DNA of 39,649 nt, taken from positions 1-39,649 of IMG/VR virus record IMGVR_UViG_3300038797_000106. One strand, 5' to 3'. This stretch comes from a virus. Its lineage: Duplodnaviria > Caudoviricetes. Of the stretch, positions 26,065 to 33,720 are shown piece after piece (the stretch's first letter is position 1; every line of letters starts with the position of its first letter). Under the pieces are notes generated by a model that was not told where the DNA came from, ran no database searches, and saw only the letters and a program-made list of their open reading frames with translations. Position numbers and translations under genes: made by a program.

Positions 26065-26877
26065 TCAGAACTCCTCCTTGCCACGGTGAGATTCCCACTC
26101 GAAAGGCACCACCACCCCGCCACCCTCACGCAGGCGGTCATAGCAACGCTCGCCCATGGCATGGCGAAGCTGGGCTGGCTCCAGGTTGGAAATCACCACC
26201 GTGGGGCGCATCTGCTCGTAGCGCCCGTTGATGATCGAAAACAGGGTGGTCAGCTCGAATTCGCTCGGCTGCTCCTTGCTGACCCCGACCTCGTCCAGCA
26301 CCAGCAGCGAAGGTTCGATCAGGCTGGACAGGATGTCGGCTTCGGACTGTTCGCTGTGGCGGTCGTACGTGGCTCGTATGGATTGCAGGACGGCGCCCAC
26401 CGTCCGGTACACGGCCGTCGCCGAGGTGTTGCGCATCAGCTCGTTGGCCATCCCGGCGCCCAGGTGCGTCTTGCCGGTACCGACCTTGCCAAGCAGCATC
26501 AGGCAGCGGCCGGTGCGCTCGATTTCCTCGAACGCCGCCACGTAGCGAGTGCAGTAGGCCAAGGCCTTGCGCTGCCCTTCGTGCTCAACGCGGTAGTTCG
26601 CCAGGGTGCGGTCGGCAAAGCGTTTGGGGATCAGCGCCGAACCCAGCTTGCGGGTCATGGCCTCACGCTTCAGGCGGGTGTCCTCCGCCAGCTGCTTGGC
26701 TTCGCGCTCGGCAACGGCCGCTTTCTCGCACACAGGGCATCGCCCGACGATTTCTCGGCCCATCAGCATGGTTACACGCTGCTCGAAGTCGCCGTGATGC
26801 TCGCAGTGCGCGGGCTGGACGCGGAAGCCCGCGGCGTTTCGGACCTCGGACATGGTGATCACCGATTCAGATCGCAT
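26065..26877 (-). CDS. DnaC/IstB-like AAA+ helicase loader
   Basis: Zn motif CEHHG...CPVC, IPKRF, GKVGTGKTHL, LLVLDEVG, ISNL, DRLRE. Confidence 0.92.
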   Translation of the reverse strand: MRSESVITMSEVRNAAGFRVQPAHCEHHGDFEQRVTMLMGREIVGRCPVCEKAAVAEREAKQLAEDTRLKREAMTRKLGSALIPKRFADRTLANYRVEHEGQRKALAYCTRYVAAFEEIERTGRCLMLLGKVGTGKTHLGAGMANELMRNTSATAVYRTVGAVLQSIRATYDRHSEQSEADILSSLIEPSLLVLDEVGVSKEQPSEFELTTLFSIINGRYEQMRPTVVISNLEPAQLRHAMGERCYDRLREGGGVVVPFEWESHRGKEEF

Positions 26878-27724
26878 AGGTGCCGTCCTCTCGCGCGGCC
26901 AGGCCGGCGGTGTAGTCGCGGTCGTCGAAGCCGTGGTGACGGCTGTGAGGTTTTGCCTGTGGCGGCAGCTGGGCGCTGATGCGCTTGGTGACCCACTCCA
27001 CCTCGAAGCCGCGCCATCCATTCTCGACGGCGACTTCCAGGGCTTGGGCTGGCTGGATGCCGAAGGCCTTGCACTGCTCCAGTTTGACGTTCAGCCCCGC
27101 CCAAATCCGGGCGGTCACTGGGGCCTTGGCAGCCTTGCGGACAGTCAGGTAGTCAGCGATCAGCGATTCATCCAGGCCGTGAGGGTTGTCAGCCAGCATG
27201 GCGGCCTTCCCGAACGGTGCTTTGCGATCAGCTTTGGCCGGAGCCGGCTGCTCATCGCTGGGGGGGCATGTATTTTCTTCCGAAGGAAGAAATACATAGG
27301 GGGTTAGATTCTTAGAATAAAGAAGGCAGTCGGCGGTTTTGGTCTGTTTCGACTCGTCGCCGATTCGGACCACTTCAGCCGAGTCGGCTGTTTTGGTCTG
27401 TTTCGGCTCAGCCACATAGACCCAGTCTTTCGGGTCATTCACGCCGATGTCACCCCGTGCACCGCCCTCGCGGAACAGAACCCGACGACGCAGCAGACTA
27501 GAAACCGCCTTGGATACGGTGTCAGGGTGGGCATGGATGGCTTTCGCGATGTCGGTCGCCGGGATGCGCTGAGCGCCCGCGCCGTAGTTGATGGTGGCCT
27601 TGGCCACATACAGCACAATCTTCATCTCCCGGGCCGGGAGATCGATAGCCAGCAGGCCATCCATGAGCTGGTTGTCCATCCGGGTAAACCCCCTGGACTT
27701 GTCAAGTGGGACGATGTTTGTCAT
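26867..27724 (-). CDS. Phage replication initiator (lambda O-like)
   Basis: GFTRMDNQLMD N-terminus, HTH, internal iteron repeats, upstream of the DnaC-like gene. Confidence 0.85.
   Translation of the reverse strand: MTNIVPLDKSRGFTRMDNQLMDGLLAIDLPAREMKIVLYVAKATINYGAGAQRIPATDIAKAIHAHPDTVSKAVSSLLRRRVLFREGGARGDIGVNDPKDWVYVAEPKQTKTADSAEVVRIGDESKQTKTADCLLYSKNLTPYVFLPSEENTCPPSDEQPAPAKADRKAPFGKAAMLADNPHGLDESLIADYLTVRKAAKAPVTARIWAGLNVKLEQCKAFGIQPAQALEVAVENGWRGFEVEWVTKRISAQLPPQAKPHSRHHGFDDRDYTAGLAAREDGTYAI
27269..27405. repeat. Putative replication origin: 24-bp direct repeats plus AT-rich palindrome inside the O gene
   Basis: AGTCGGC(G/T)GTTTTGGTCTGTTTCG at 27328-27351 and 27382-27405. TGTATTTTCTTCCGAAGGAAGAAATACA at 27269-27296. 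Confidence 0.7.
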
Positions 27725-27750
27725 GCTTTAACCCGTTCTAATGCTGTAGA

Positions 27751-27780
27751 GAAAGCCGCCCCGCCAGGCGGTTTTTTTTC
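27751..27780. terminator. tR1-like terminator between cro and O
   Basis: GAAAG-CCGCC-ccgcca-GGCGG-TTTTTTTT, usable in both directions. Confidence 0.6.
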
Positions 27781-27863
27781 GTCTGCGATCCCGGTACTGG
27801 ATGGATTCGCAGGTGTTTCAGTCATCTACTGGCGCAATGCCAGGTTTCGCATAATTCCTACCG

Positions 27864-28073
27864 TCAAACGGCGCTTTTCAGAGAGTCGACGCGTGGAACG
27901 TCTTGTCGTCTAGCGACCAGCTTCCCGCCTGACTCCTTCTCCAAAACGCATTGCATTGGGTAGGAGAAACCACCAGCCGCCCGGCACTGGGACACACGGC
28001 TACTGGAAACGCCGAGAGCTTCACCAATGGCGCGGCCGGTTCGGAAATGGTTCAGGGCTTCGTCAAAGGTCAT
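27864..28073 (-). CDS. cro: Cro-like repressor
   Basis: Short HTH (AIGEALGVSSSRVSQ), divergent from cI, GGAGAG RBS. Confidence 0.85.
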   Translation of the reverse strand: MTFDEALNHFRTGRAIGEALGVSSSRVSQCRAAGGFSYPMQCVLEKESGGKLVARRQDVPRVDSLKSAV

Positions 28074-28098
28074 TGATGTCTCTCCGATGTCTTCGACG

Positions 28099-28162
28099 AG
28101 TTTAGAGTTCTTAACACAACAAGGCAAGTTATCTAAACTTCTAAAGGTTTAGAATCCTAAAT
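28099..28162. promoter_or_regulatory. OR region: three operator-like sites with pR and pRM
   Basis: TTTAG-N4-CTAAA variants at 28101-28114, 28124-28137 and 28148-28161. pR (minus) TTGCCT-17-TAAACT. pRM -10 TAGAAT at 28150. Confidence 0.75.
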
Positions 28163-28984
28163 ATGGAATTCAAAGACCGCGTTATCGCGCGCATGAAGGA
28201 GCTGAACCTCAGTTCCACCGACCTCAGCAAACTGTCTGGCGTGTCCAAGGCAACCGTGAGTTTCTGGATCAACGGAACGAACGGCGCCAAGGGCAAAAAC
28301 CTGCTCGCCTTGGCAAAAGCGCTAGAGTGCTCAGCACAATGGCTGTCGGACGGTACTGGCCAGGCTACTGACCAGTCATCATTTGCCAGCTCTTCATTGA
28401 CTACTGCAGAACTGGTTGCGCAGATGCTGGCCTCCAAGGCCGGGAAGAACCTTTCCGAAAAGGCACGCGAGGTGATGATGGCAGCCGCGGCTGAGGCTGA
28501 TAGCCCGGATCAGGGCCAGGAGTACCTGCCTGCTGCCTACTCGAGCCTCAAACCCACCCAGGAAGAGATCCTCATCCCTCAGTACGACGTTCGGGCAGCC
28601 ATGGGCCACGGCCAGGTGCCGGCCGACTACAACGAGGCCGTTCGTAACCTGGTAGTGCGCGAGGAGGTACTGCGCGAGAAAGGCGTCACCTACACCGCTC
28701 CCTCGGCACTGGCGATGATTACCGGCTGGGGCCAGAGCATGGAAGGCACGATCAACGACAAGGACCTGGTCATTGTCGATCGCGGGATCAACGAGTTCAT
28801 CGGTGAAGGTATCTACGTGATCACCTGGCACCAAGAGCTGTATATCAAGCGCCTGATGCGCCTCGATGAGGACCACTTCCGCCTGATATCGGACAACAAG
28901 CACTACGAGAACCAGACCGCGCGGATCGATGACGTTACGGTGCACGCGAAGGTTTTGCTGATATGGAACGCCAAGAAGGCGTGA
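28163..28984 (+). CDS. cI: CI-like repressor (HTH + S24 autopeptidase)
   Basis: HTH LSKLSGVSKATVSFW, catalytic GQSMEGTI and YIKRL, LISDNKHY. Confidence 0.93.
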   Translation: MEFKDRVIARMKELNLSSTDLSKLSGVSKATVSFWINGTNGAKGKNLLALAKALECSAQWLSDGTGQATDQSSFASSSLTTAELVAQMLASKAGKNLSEKAREVMMAAAAEADSPDQGQEYLPAAYSSLKPTQEEILIPQYDVRAAMGHGQVPADYNEAVRNLVVREEVLREKGVTYTAPSALAMITGWGQSMEGTINDKDLVIVDRGINEFIGEGIYVITWHQELYIKRLMRLDEDHFRLISDNKHYENQTARIDDVTVHAKVLLIWNAKKA

Positions 28985-28994
28985 CCTATCCCAG

Positions 28995-29019
28995 GAAGCC
29001 CGCATAGCGCGGGCTTTTT
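28995..29019 (+). terminator. Intrinsic terminator between cI and the DUF1654-like gene
   Basis: AAGCCCGC-atagc-GCGGGCTT-TTT. Confidence 0.75.
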
Positions 29020-29028
29020 GTTGCGCGC

Positions 29029-29343
29029 TTAGAACGGCGCCGGCTCCTCGATCGCGACGAACTCATCCTGGTTCTGCGCTCGAGGGTCATCATCCGAGAA
29101 TGCCTCCCAACGCAGCGTAACCGAGGCATCCTCCTCGTTGAATTCCATTTCTATCCCGTCAGTTTCCTTGAGAACCCCCATCACCTCTTCCCACTCCCGG
29201 TCACCGTCGGTGTCCAGGCGGTGAATCACGACCCATCGCTGCTGCTGCGCGATCGGGTGATTGATCATCGATGACACCCGAAGACCCAGGCGCTCCACAT
29301 CCGACATAACCGCTCTTTCCTGCTGCTTCTGGGGCCTTGCCAT
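29029..29343 (-). CDS. DUF1654-like protein
   Basis: ERLGLRVSSMINHP.AQ.QRWV.IHRLDTD motif, GGAG RBS, LexA box upstream. Confidence 0.75.
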   Translation of the reverse strand: MARPQKQQERAVMSDVERLGLRVSSMINHPIAQQQRWVVIHRLDTDGDREWEEVMGVLKETDGIEMEFNEEDASVTLRWEAFSDDDPRAQNQDEFVAIEEPAPF

Positions 29344-29358
29344 CTGACACTCCACTAA

Positions 29359-29374
29359 CTGTATATTCATACAG
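29359..29374. promoter_or_regulatory. LexA (SOS) box
   Basis: CTGTATATTCATACAG = CTG-N10-CAG, 15 bp upstream of the DUF1654-like ATG. Confidence 0.85.
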
Positions 29375-29459
29375 GGACCACGCAAGATTAGCCGATCTCC
29401 TACAGAGTCGGAAGTCTTGACATTGCGCGGTCTGCAGCGGTGTCCACTCGCCTTGCCTG

Positions 29460-29509
29460 TTTAGTTTTCTAAAATAAATCTTGACGCGATCCGTTTAGTT
29501 TTCTAAATT
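29460..29509 (+). promoter_or_regulatory. OL operators and pL promoter
   Basis: Two identical TTTAGTTTTCTAAA sites (29460-29473, 29494-29507). TTGACG-17-TAAATT. Confidence 0.8.
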
Positions 29510-29558
29510 CACCTCAAGCAGTCACTCACGAGGGACTGCAGAGGCCCGCACCGGCCGC

Positions 29559-29569
29559 CGCTCTTTACA
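29559..29569 (+). promoter_or_regulatory. boxA-like antitermination element
   Basis: CGCTCTTTACA about 50 nt after pL, resembling lambdoid boxA. Confidence 0.55.
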
Positions 29570-29775
29570 CAACTCGACTCCCGTCACCCTCAGCGGCACA
29601 TGAGGGCAGCAGCTGCCTCATGCAGTGAGCTGGGTTCAGGTAACCAAGTGGCGCGCATGCCAATGCGGGGAAGCGCGCAGCCCAGAGAGCGATGGGCGCC
29701 TGGATCACTTCGATTTCACTGGCTGGCCTTGGCGACAGGGCCAGACGGGAAATCAACCCCACGGAGCAACACCCC

Positions 29776-30213
29776 ATGCTTGGAAAACTGTTCGGCAAGA
29801 AAGGTCGTGAAGCCCGCGCTGCGATGCAGGTGGTTCAGAACCGCGACCTGATGCAGGCGATCGTCTACGGCGCCTTCTACGTCGCCGCTGCCGACGGCGA
29901 TATCGGCGAGGACGAGATCAAGAAGACCGAGAAACTGATCGCCAACACGCCTCAACTCAAAGGGTTCGGGCCGGAGTTGTCCAACACCATGGACCGCGCC
30001 GAGAGGGACTTCCACGACGGCGGCCATCGCATCCTGCGCATGAACGCCGAGAAGGAACTGAAGGACCTGGCCCACTCGCCGGAAGAAGCGGCCATCGTCA
30101 TCAACGTCATGCTCACTATCGCCGAGGCTTCGGGCGAGATCGACGACAAGGAAATGGCCGTCCTTGAGAAGGCGGCGAAGCTGATGGGCCTCAGCCTGAA
30201 GGACTACCTGTGA
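29776..30213 (+). CDS. TerB-like (tellurite-resistance fold) protein
   Basis: VAAADGDIGEDE and IAEASGEIDDKE...AKLMGL duplicated motifs, GGAG RBS. Confidence 0.82.
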   Translation: MLGKLFGKKGREARAAMQVVQNRDLMQAIVYGAFYVAAADGDIGEDEIKKTEKLIANTPQLKGFGPELSNTMDRAERDFHDGGHRILRMNAEKELKDLAHSPEEAAIVINVMLTIAEASGEIDDKEMAVLEKAAKLMGLSLKDYL

Positions 30214-30404
30214 TCCGTATCGCGTCGTTCGCGATCATCGCCGTAGCCGTCATTTGGCTGGTCATGCGAGGCATCGATTACGGGATATGCGCCTGGTACG
30301 GCGACCAGACCGAGCGCGACACCCGCTACGCAGCATTCGTCGGCTGCATGGTGAAGACCAGCAGCGGATGGGTGCCACGCAACGAACTGCGCACCCAGCA
30401 GTAG
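30210..30404 (+). CDS. Small membrane protein
   Basis: GTGA overlap with the TerB-like stop, N-terminal TM, two Cys. Confidence 0.6.
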   Translation: MIRIASFAIIAVAVIWLVMRGIDYGICAWYGDQTERDTRYAAFVGCMVKTSSGWVPRNELRTQQ

Positions 30405-30456
30405 CACCGCGTCAGCCTGACGATAACTGCCCGATCTACCTGGTTCCCCATCACCA

Positions 30457-30594
30457 GGCTGCATCGGTGTGTGATCTGAATGCGCAGGCTGATGCGCAAA
30501 CCTTGCCTCGTTGGCGAGCTACTGAGGCCTCATAGAGTTAGGCCGCCAAGCCGGAAAGAACGCAGCCCCGGCCAGATCACACACCAATGCAGCC
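30457..30594 (+). ncRNA. Candidate structured RNA (C4 / P4 CI-like antisense RNA)
   Basis: 22-bp closing stem with one mismatch enclosing several hairpins. The first hairpin is complementary to 30408-30419. Confidence 0.6.
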
Positions 30595-30609
30595 CACCGA
30601 GGACTCTTC

Positions 30610-30993
30610 ATGGAAACGATCACCTGCGGCTCATGGACTGGCCAGCTCGGTAAGGCGCTGGCTCCCCGCGAGCTTGAAGCATTGCTGTGGGTGGCCCAAG
30701 GCCTCACCACCAAAGAAATCGCCCGGGAAATGGCAGTCAGCCCGGGCACCGTGGCAAACCGCATCGAGGCCGCGCTCTTCAAGCTGGAAGCTGGCCGCCG
30801 CATCGAGGCGGTCACCAAGGCCATGCGGCAGCAGATCATCAGCCCGCTCTGCATCGCCCTCGCCGGCCTCATCGCCATGCACGCGGTGATCAACGACAGC
30901 GACCCAATGCGCCGCGACCGCCGCGCGCCGGAGCGCCGAACCGCCCAAGTCCGAATCGTTCGCAAGGCCGAGGCCTTCGAATACCACGCCTGA
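30610..30993 (+). CDS. LuxR-type HTH transcriptional regulator
   Basis: LAPRELEALLWVAQGLTTKEIAREMAVSPGTV...KL motif. Confidence 0.88.
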   Translation: METITCGSWTGQLGKALAPRELEALLWVAQGLTTKEIAREMAVSPGTVANRIEAALFKLEAGRRIEAVTKAMRQQIISPLCIALAGLIAMHAVINDSDPMRRDRRAPERRTAQVRIVRKAEAFEYHA

Positions 30994-31012
30994 CCCCACC
31001 GAGGATCACCCC

Positions 31013-31282
31013 ATGCAGACAGCAATGCACCCTGCTTTCGAGCAGAAGCTTGCCGTGCTCGCGGCACTGCTCGAGCGCAGCAAGTCAGTAAGGGCCGAGG
31101 CGCACGCCAAGGTCGGTCAGCCAGCGCCGCGCTACCAGGCATCAGGCAACGGCACGACGTGGGATGTGGTGGAGATCGCCACCGGCGCCAAGCAGGGCTT
31201 TGCCTACAGCTACCGAACGGCCATGCGGTTTGTGGATGCGATGGAGGCAGGCGCAGCGAGCAAGCAAGGCGGCATGCAATGA
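31013..31282 (+). CDS. Hypothetical protein
   Basis: GAGGA RBS, coupled to the next gene. Confidence 0.65.
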   Translation: MQTAMHPAFEQKLAVLAALLERSKSVRAEAHAKVGQPAPRYQASGNGTTWDVVEIATGAKQGFAYSYRTAMRFVDAMEAGAASKQGGMQ

Positions 31283-31737
31283 GCAAGCGCAAGCCGCACA
31301 ACATGCGTGCCAGGCTGGAGCGCACCTGCAGGGCCTTGGTATCGGCCAACCACGCGGCCGTGGTCAACATCGACCCCACGGGCCAGCAGGTGCTGATCAA
31401 CTGGAAGAACCTCAAGCAGATCCGTGTGCGCCAGGTCGTGGACGCCGTCTGCGATATCCCGCACCGGTGGACCATCTACCTCAGCGTTCTGTGCCGGACG
31501 GAGTTCGGCGAGCGGTACCACAAATCAATCGAGGTCGCGCCACAGGGCAACTACCGGGCCGCGCACCTTACTGACGTCATCGAGGCTACCTACACCGACC
31601 TGCGGGCCACTGCCAACCCTAATCACCTGGTGGCGGCCGGCTGGATCGCCATACCCACAGACACAACGCTCGACGAAGCAGAGGCCGCCAAAATCTTTGC
31701 CGCTGTCGGCGCCTGGAACCAGCAGAAGGCAGCATGA
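31279..31737 (+). CDS. Hypothetical phage protein
   Basis: MSKRKPHNMRARL..., ATGA overlap with the upstream gene. Confidence 0.7.
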   Translation: MSKRKPHNMRARLERTCRALVSANHAAVVNIDPTGQQVLINWKNLKQIRVRQVVDAVCDIPHRWTIYLSVLCRTEFGERYHKSIEVAPQGNYRAAHLTDVIEATYTDLRATANPNHLVAAGWIAIPTDTTLDEAEAAKIFAAVGAWNQQKAA

Positions 31738-31825
31738 AACGCATCACCGCGCGCGTCCGGCACGGCCGGCGCCAGCAGCACATCACTTTGCCGCCAAGCG
31801 GCATCCATCCCAAGGAGTCGAAGCA

Positions 31826-32173
31826 ATGTCCACCCCAACCAATACTGCCGAGTTCCTCGAAGAACTGAACGGCGGCGCCTTTGCCAGCCAGGTCGGTCAC
31901 GCCCTGTCTGAAGTTGCCGCCGGCGTGGTGGATCACGGCAAGGCCGGCAAGTTGACGATCACCCTGGACTTCAGCCGTGTCGGTGAATCCAGCCAGGTAA
32001 AGATCAAGCACAAGCTTGAGTACAAAACCCCTACCAAACGCGGCACCCGCAGCGAAAACACCAGCCTGGACACGCCAATGCACGTTGGCTCCGGCGGCAA
32101 GCTCTCCCTGTTCCCTGAAAAGCACGACCAGCTCTTCACGCGTGATCAAGCACCTGTACACCCACGCTCGTAA
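31826..32173 (+). CDS. Conserved prophage protein (YfdP-like), partner of DUF2303
   Basis: AAGGAG RBS, FLEELNGGAF...PTKRG.RSE...TPMHVG.GG.L. Confidence 0.75.
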   Translation: MSTPTNTAEFLEELNGGAFASQVGHALSEVAAGVVDHGKAGKLTITLDFSRVGESSQVKIKHKLEYKTPTKRGTRSENTSLDTPMHVGSGGKLSLFPEKHDQLFTRDQAPVHPRS

Positions 32174-32199
32174 CTCCCAGCACCTACAAGGAAAAGCGC

Positions 32200-33015
32200 A
32201 TGTCCCTCAGCAAAGAAGCTCTCGAACTGATCCAAGAAAATGCCGTCGCTGCAGCTGGCATTAAACTGCCGGCTCTCGGCCAAGTTGCCGTTGTCCCGCA
32301 GACCTTCAACGTGGTCGACCTGGAACGCTACCAAGCCGGCCGTAACCGCTTCCGGGGCACTTACTCTACCCACTCGCTGGCTGATTACAGCGCCTACGTT
32401 GTCGAGCGCTCGGCGCCAGCGGCGCGTGGCTTCATCGATCAGGACAACATGAGCTGCATCGTGCTGTTTAACATCGGTACAGCCGAAGATCCGGGCCATG
32501 CCGATGACCGCGCGGTACTGCGCCTGAAGGCTTCCGCTGCATTCGCTGCCGTTCAGGCGGTGTGCGGCCAGAGCCTGGTGCAAAAGGCCATGAGCGACTG
32601 GATCGAAGACTGGAATCAGCACTTGGCGGCCACCGATGAAAACGGGGCCTCCATGTCGATCTCGAAGGCGATCGCTGCGGTTCGCACCATCACCGTGAAG
32701 GCCTCTTCGGAGAGCGATCACGCCGTCGGTGAAACCCGCGCCAGCCGCAGCACCATGGACCAGATCGAAGCCAGCAGCAAAGAAACCCTGCCAGCCTGGC
32801 TGGACTTCAAGGTCACTCCGTTCGAAGGCCTGTGCGAGCAAGTGATTCGCCTGCGCGTGTCGGTCATCACCGGGGGATCCCAACCGGTGCTGAAGCTGCG
32901 CTGGATTGGTGAGGAAGCCCAGCGCGAGGCCATCGCCCAGGAATTCAAAGCTGTTCTCGACGACAAGGTCGGTATCGCCGCGAAGCTGTCCTTGGGCACC
33001 TTCGACGCGAAGTGA
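32200..33015 (+). CDS. DUF2303 / YfdQ-like protein
   Basis: DLERYQAGRNRFRG, FNIGT..PGHAD, PFEGL motifs. Confidence 0.8.
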   Translation: MSLSKEALELIQENAVAAAGIKLPALGQVAVVPQTFNVVDLERYQAGRNRFRGTYSTHSLADYSAYVVERSAPAARGFIDQDNMSCIVLFNIGTAEDPGHADDRAVLRLKASAAFAAVQAVCGQSLVQKAMSDWIEDWNQHLAATDENGASMSISKAIAAVRTITVKASSESDHAVGETRASRSTMDQIEASSKETLPAWLDFKVTPFEGLCEQVIRLRVSVITGGSQPVLKLRWIGEEAQREAIAQEFKAVLDDKVGIAAKLSLGTFDAK

Positions 33016-33088
33016 CCAGATTCAGCGCCATAGCCTGCAAACTGTGACCTGTGGCGCTGGATTTCGACCTTGATAACATGCTGATGAT

Positions 33089-33634
33089 TCAGCAAGACGC
33101 GGACGACGAGGTAACCGCACCGGCCCTCAACGCCAAAGCGTCCTTGTAATTAATGGGAGCGGATCCGTCAAAATAACCTATCCAAAAACGCCAGACCTCA
33201 GTAACCACGCGGCATATCTCATGCAGTTCGTTTCCGTCAGTCGAAAGCATTCTGAACTGCACCACCAACGACTCGCCATCATCATCGAATCCCTTCTCTC
33301 GATGCCTCAGCGATGCCTCTTGAATTCTTTGCATCTCATGCTTCGCATCGTTCGCGAAATGCCTGCATGCGTGCAATTTCGATCCCAACGCCGCATCCTT
33401 CGCTTGCACTTCATCCATGAAATGATTCCCCTTTACCCGTCCATGCAATAACGCCGCTTTGTCGGACAGGTGATTGAGAAAAAGCGAGGCGGTGATTAGT
33501 CGGCGATAGATTAGCGTCAGGCGATTTGATGAAACATCGACATCAATTTGATACTCAGCCCAGAACTCCTCGAAAGCTGGTGCGGCCAGCCCTTTCCAGT
33601 AGCCGCGTACATCGTCTAAGTACATGTCAGCCAT
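33089..33634 (-). CDS. Hypothetical protein with HEPN-like motif
   Basis: Helical protein with CRHFANDAKH, GGGAG RBS, opposite strand to the surrounding operon. Confidence 0.6.
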   Translation of the reverse strand: MADMYLDDVRGYWKGLAAPAFEEFWAEYQIDVDVSSNRLTLIYRRLITASLFLNHLSDKAALLHGRVKGNHFMDEVQAKDAALGSKLHACRHFANDAKHEMQRIQEASLRHREKGFDDDGESLVVQFRMLSTDGNELHEICRVVTEVWRFWIGYFDGSAPINYKDALALRAGAVTSSSASC

Positions 33635-33720
33635 TTCTAACTCCCGTTCTCAGCCCCGCGCCGGAATCCCGTGATACCCCATCCAAAACCAATTGCCACA
33701 ATCGGATGAGGAACGGCTGG

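Noticed and set aside
27328-27405. Direct repeats as a possible mini-CRISPR
   Set aside because: Only two copies, in frame inside the O gene, with no cas genes. Iterons explain them better.
30457-30594. Possible tRNA gene
   Set aside because: No canonical T-loop (GTTCGA) or 7-bp acceptor geometry, so it is kept only as a structured ncRNA candidate.
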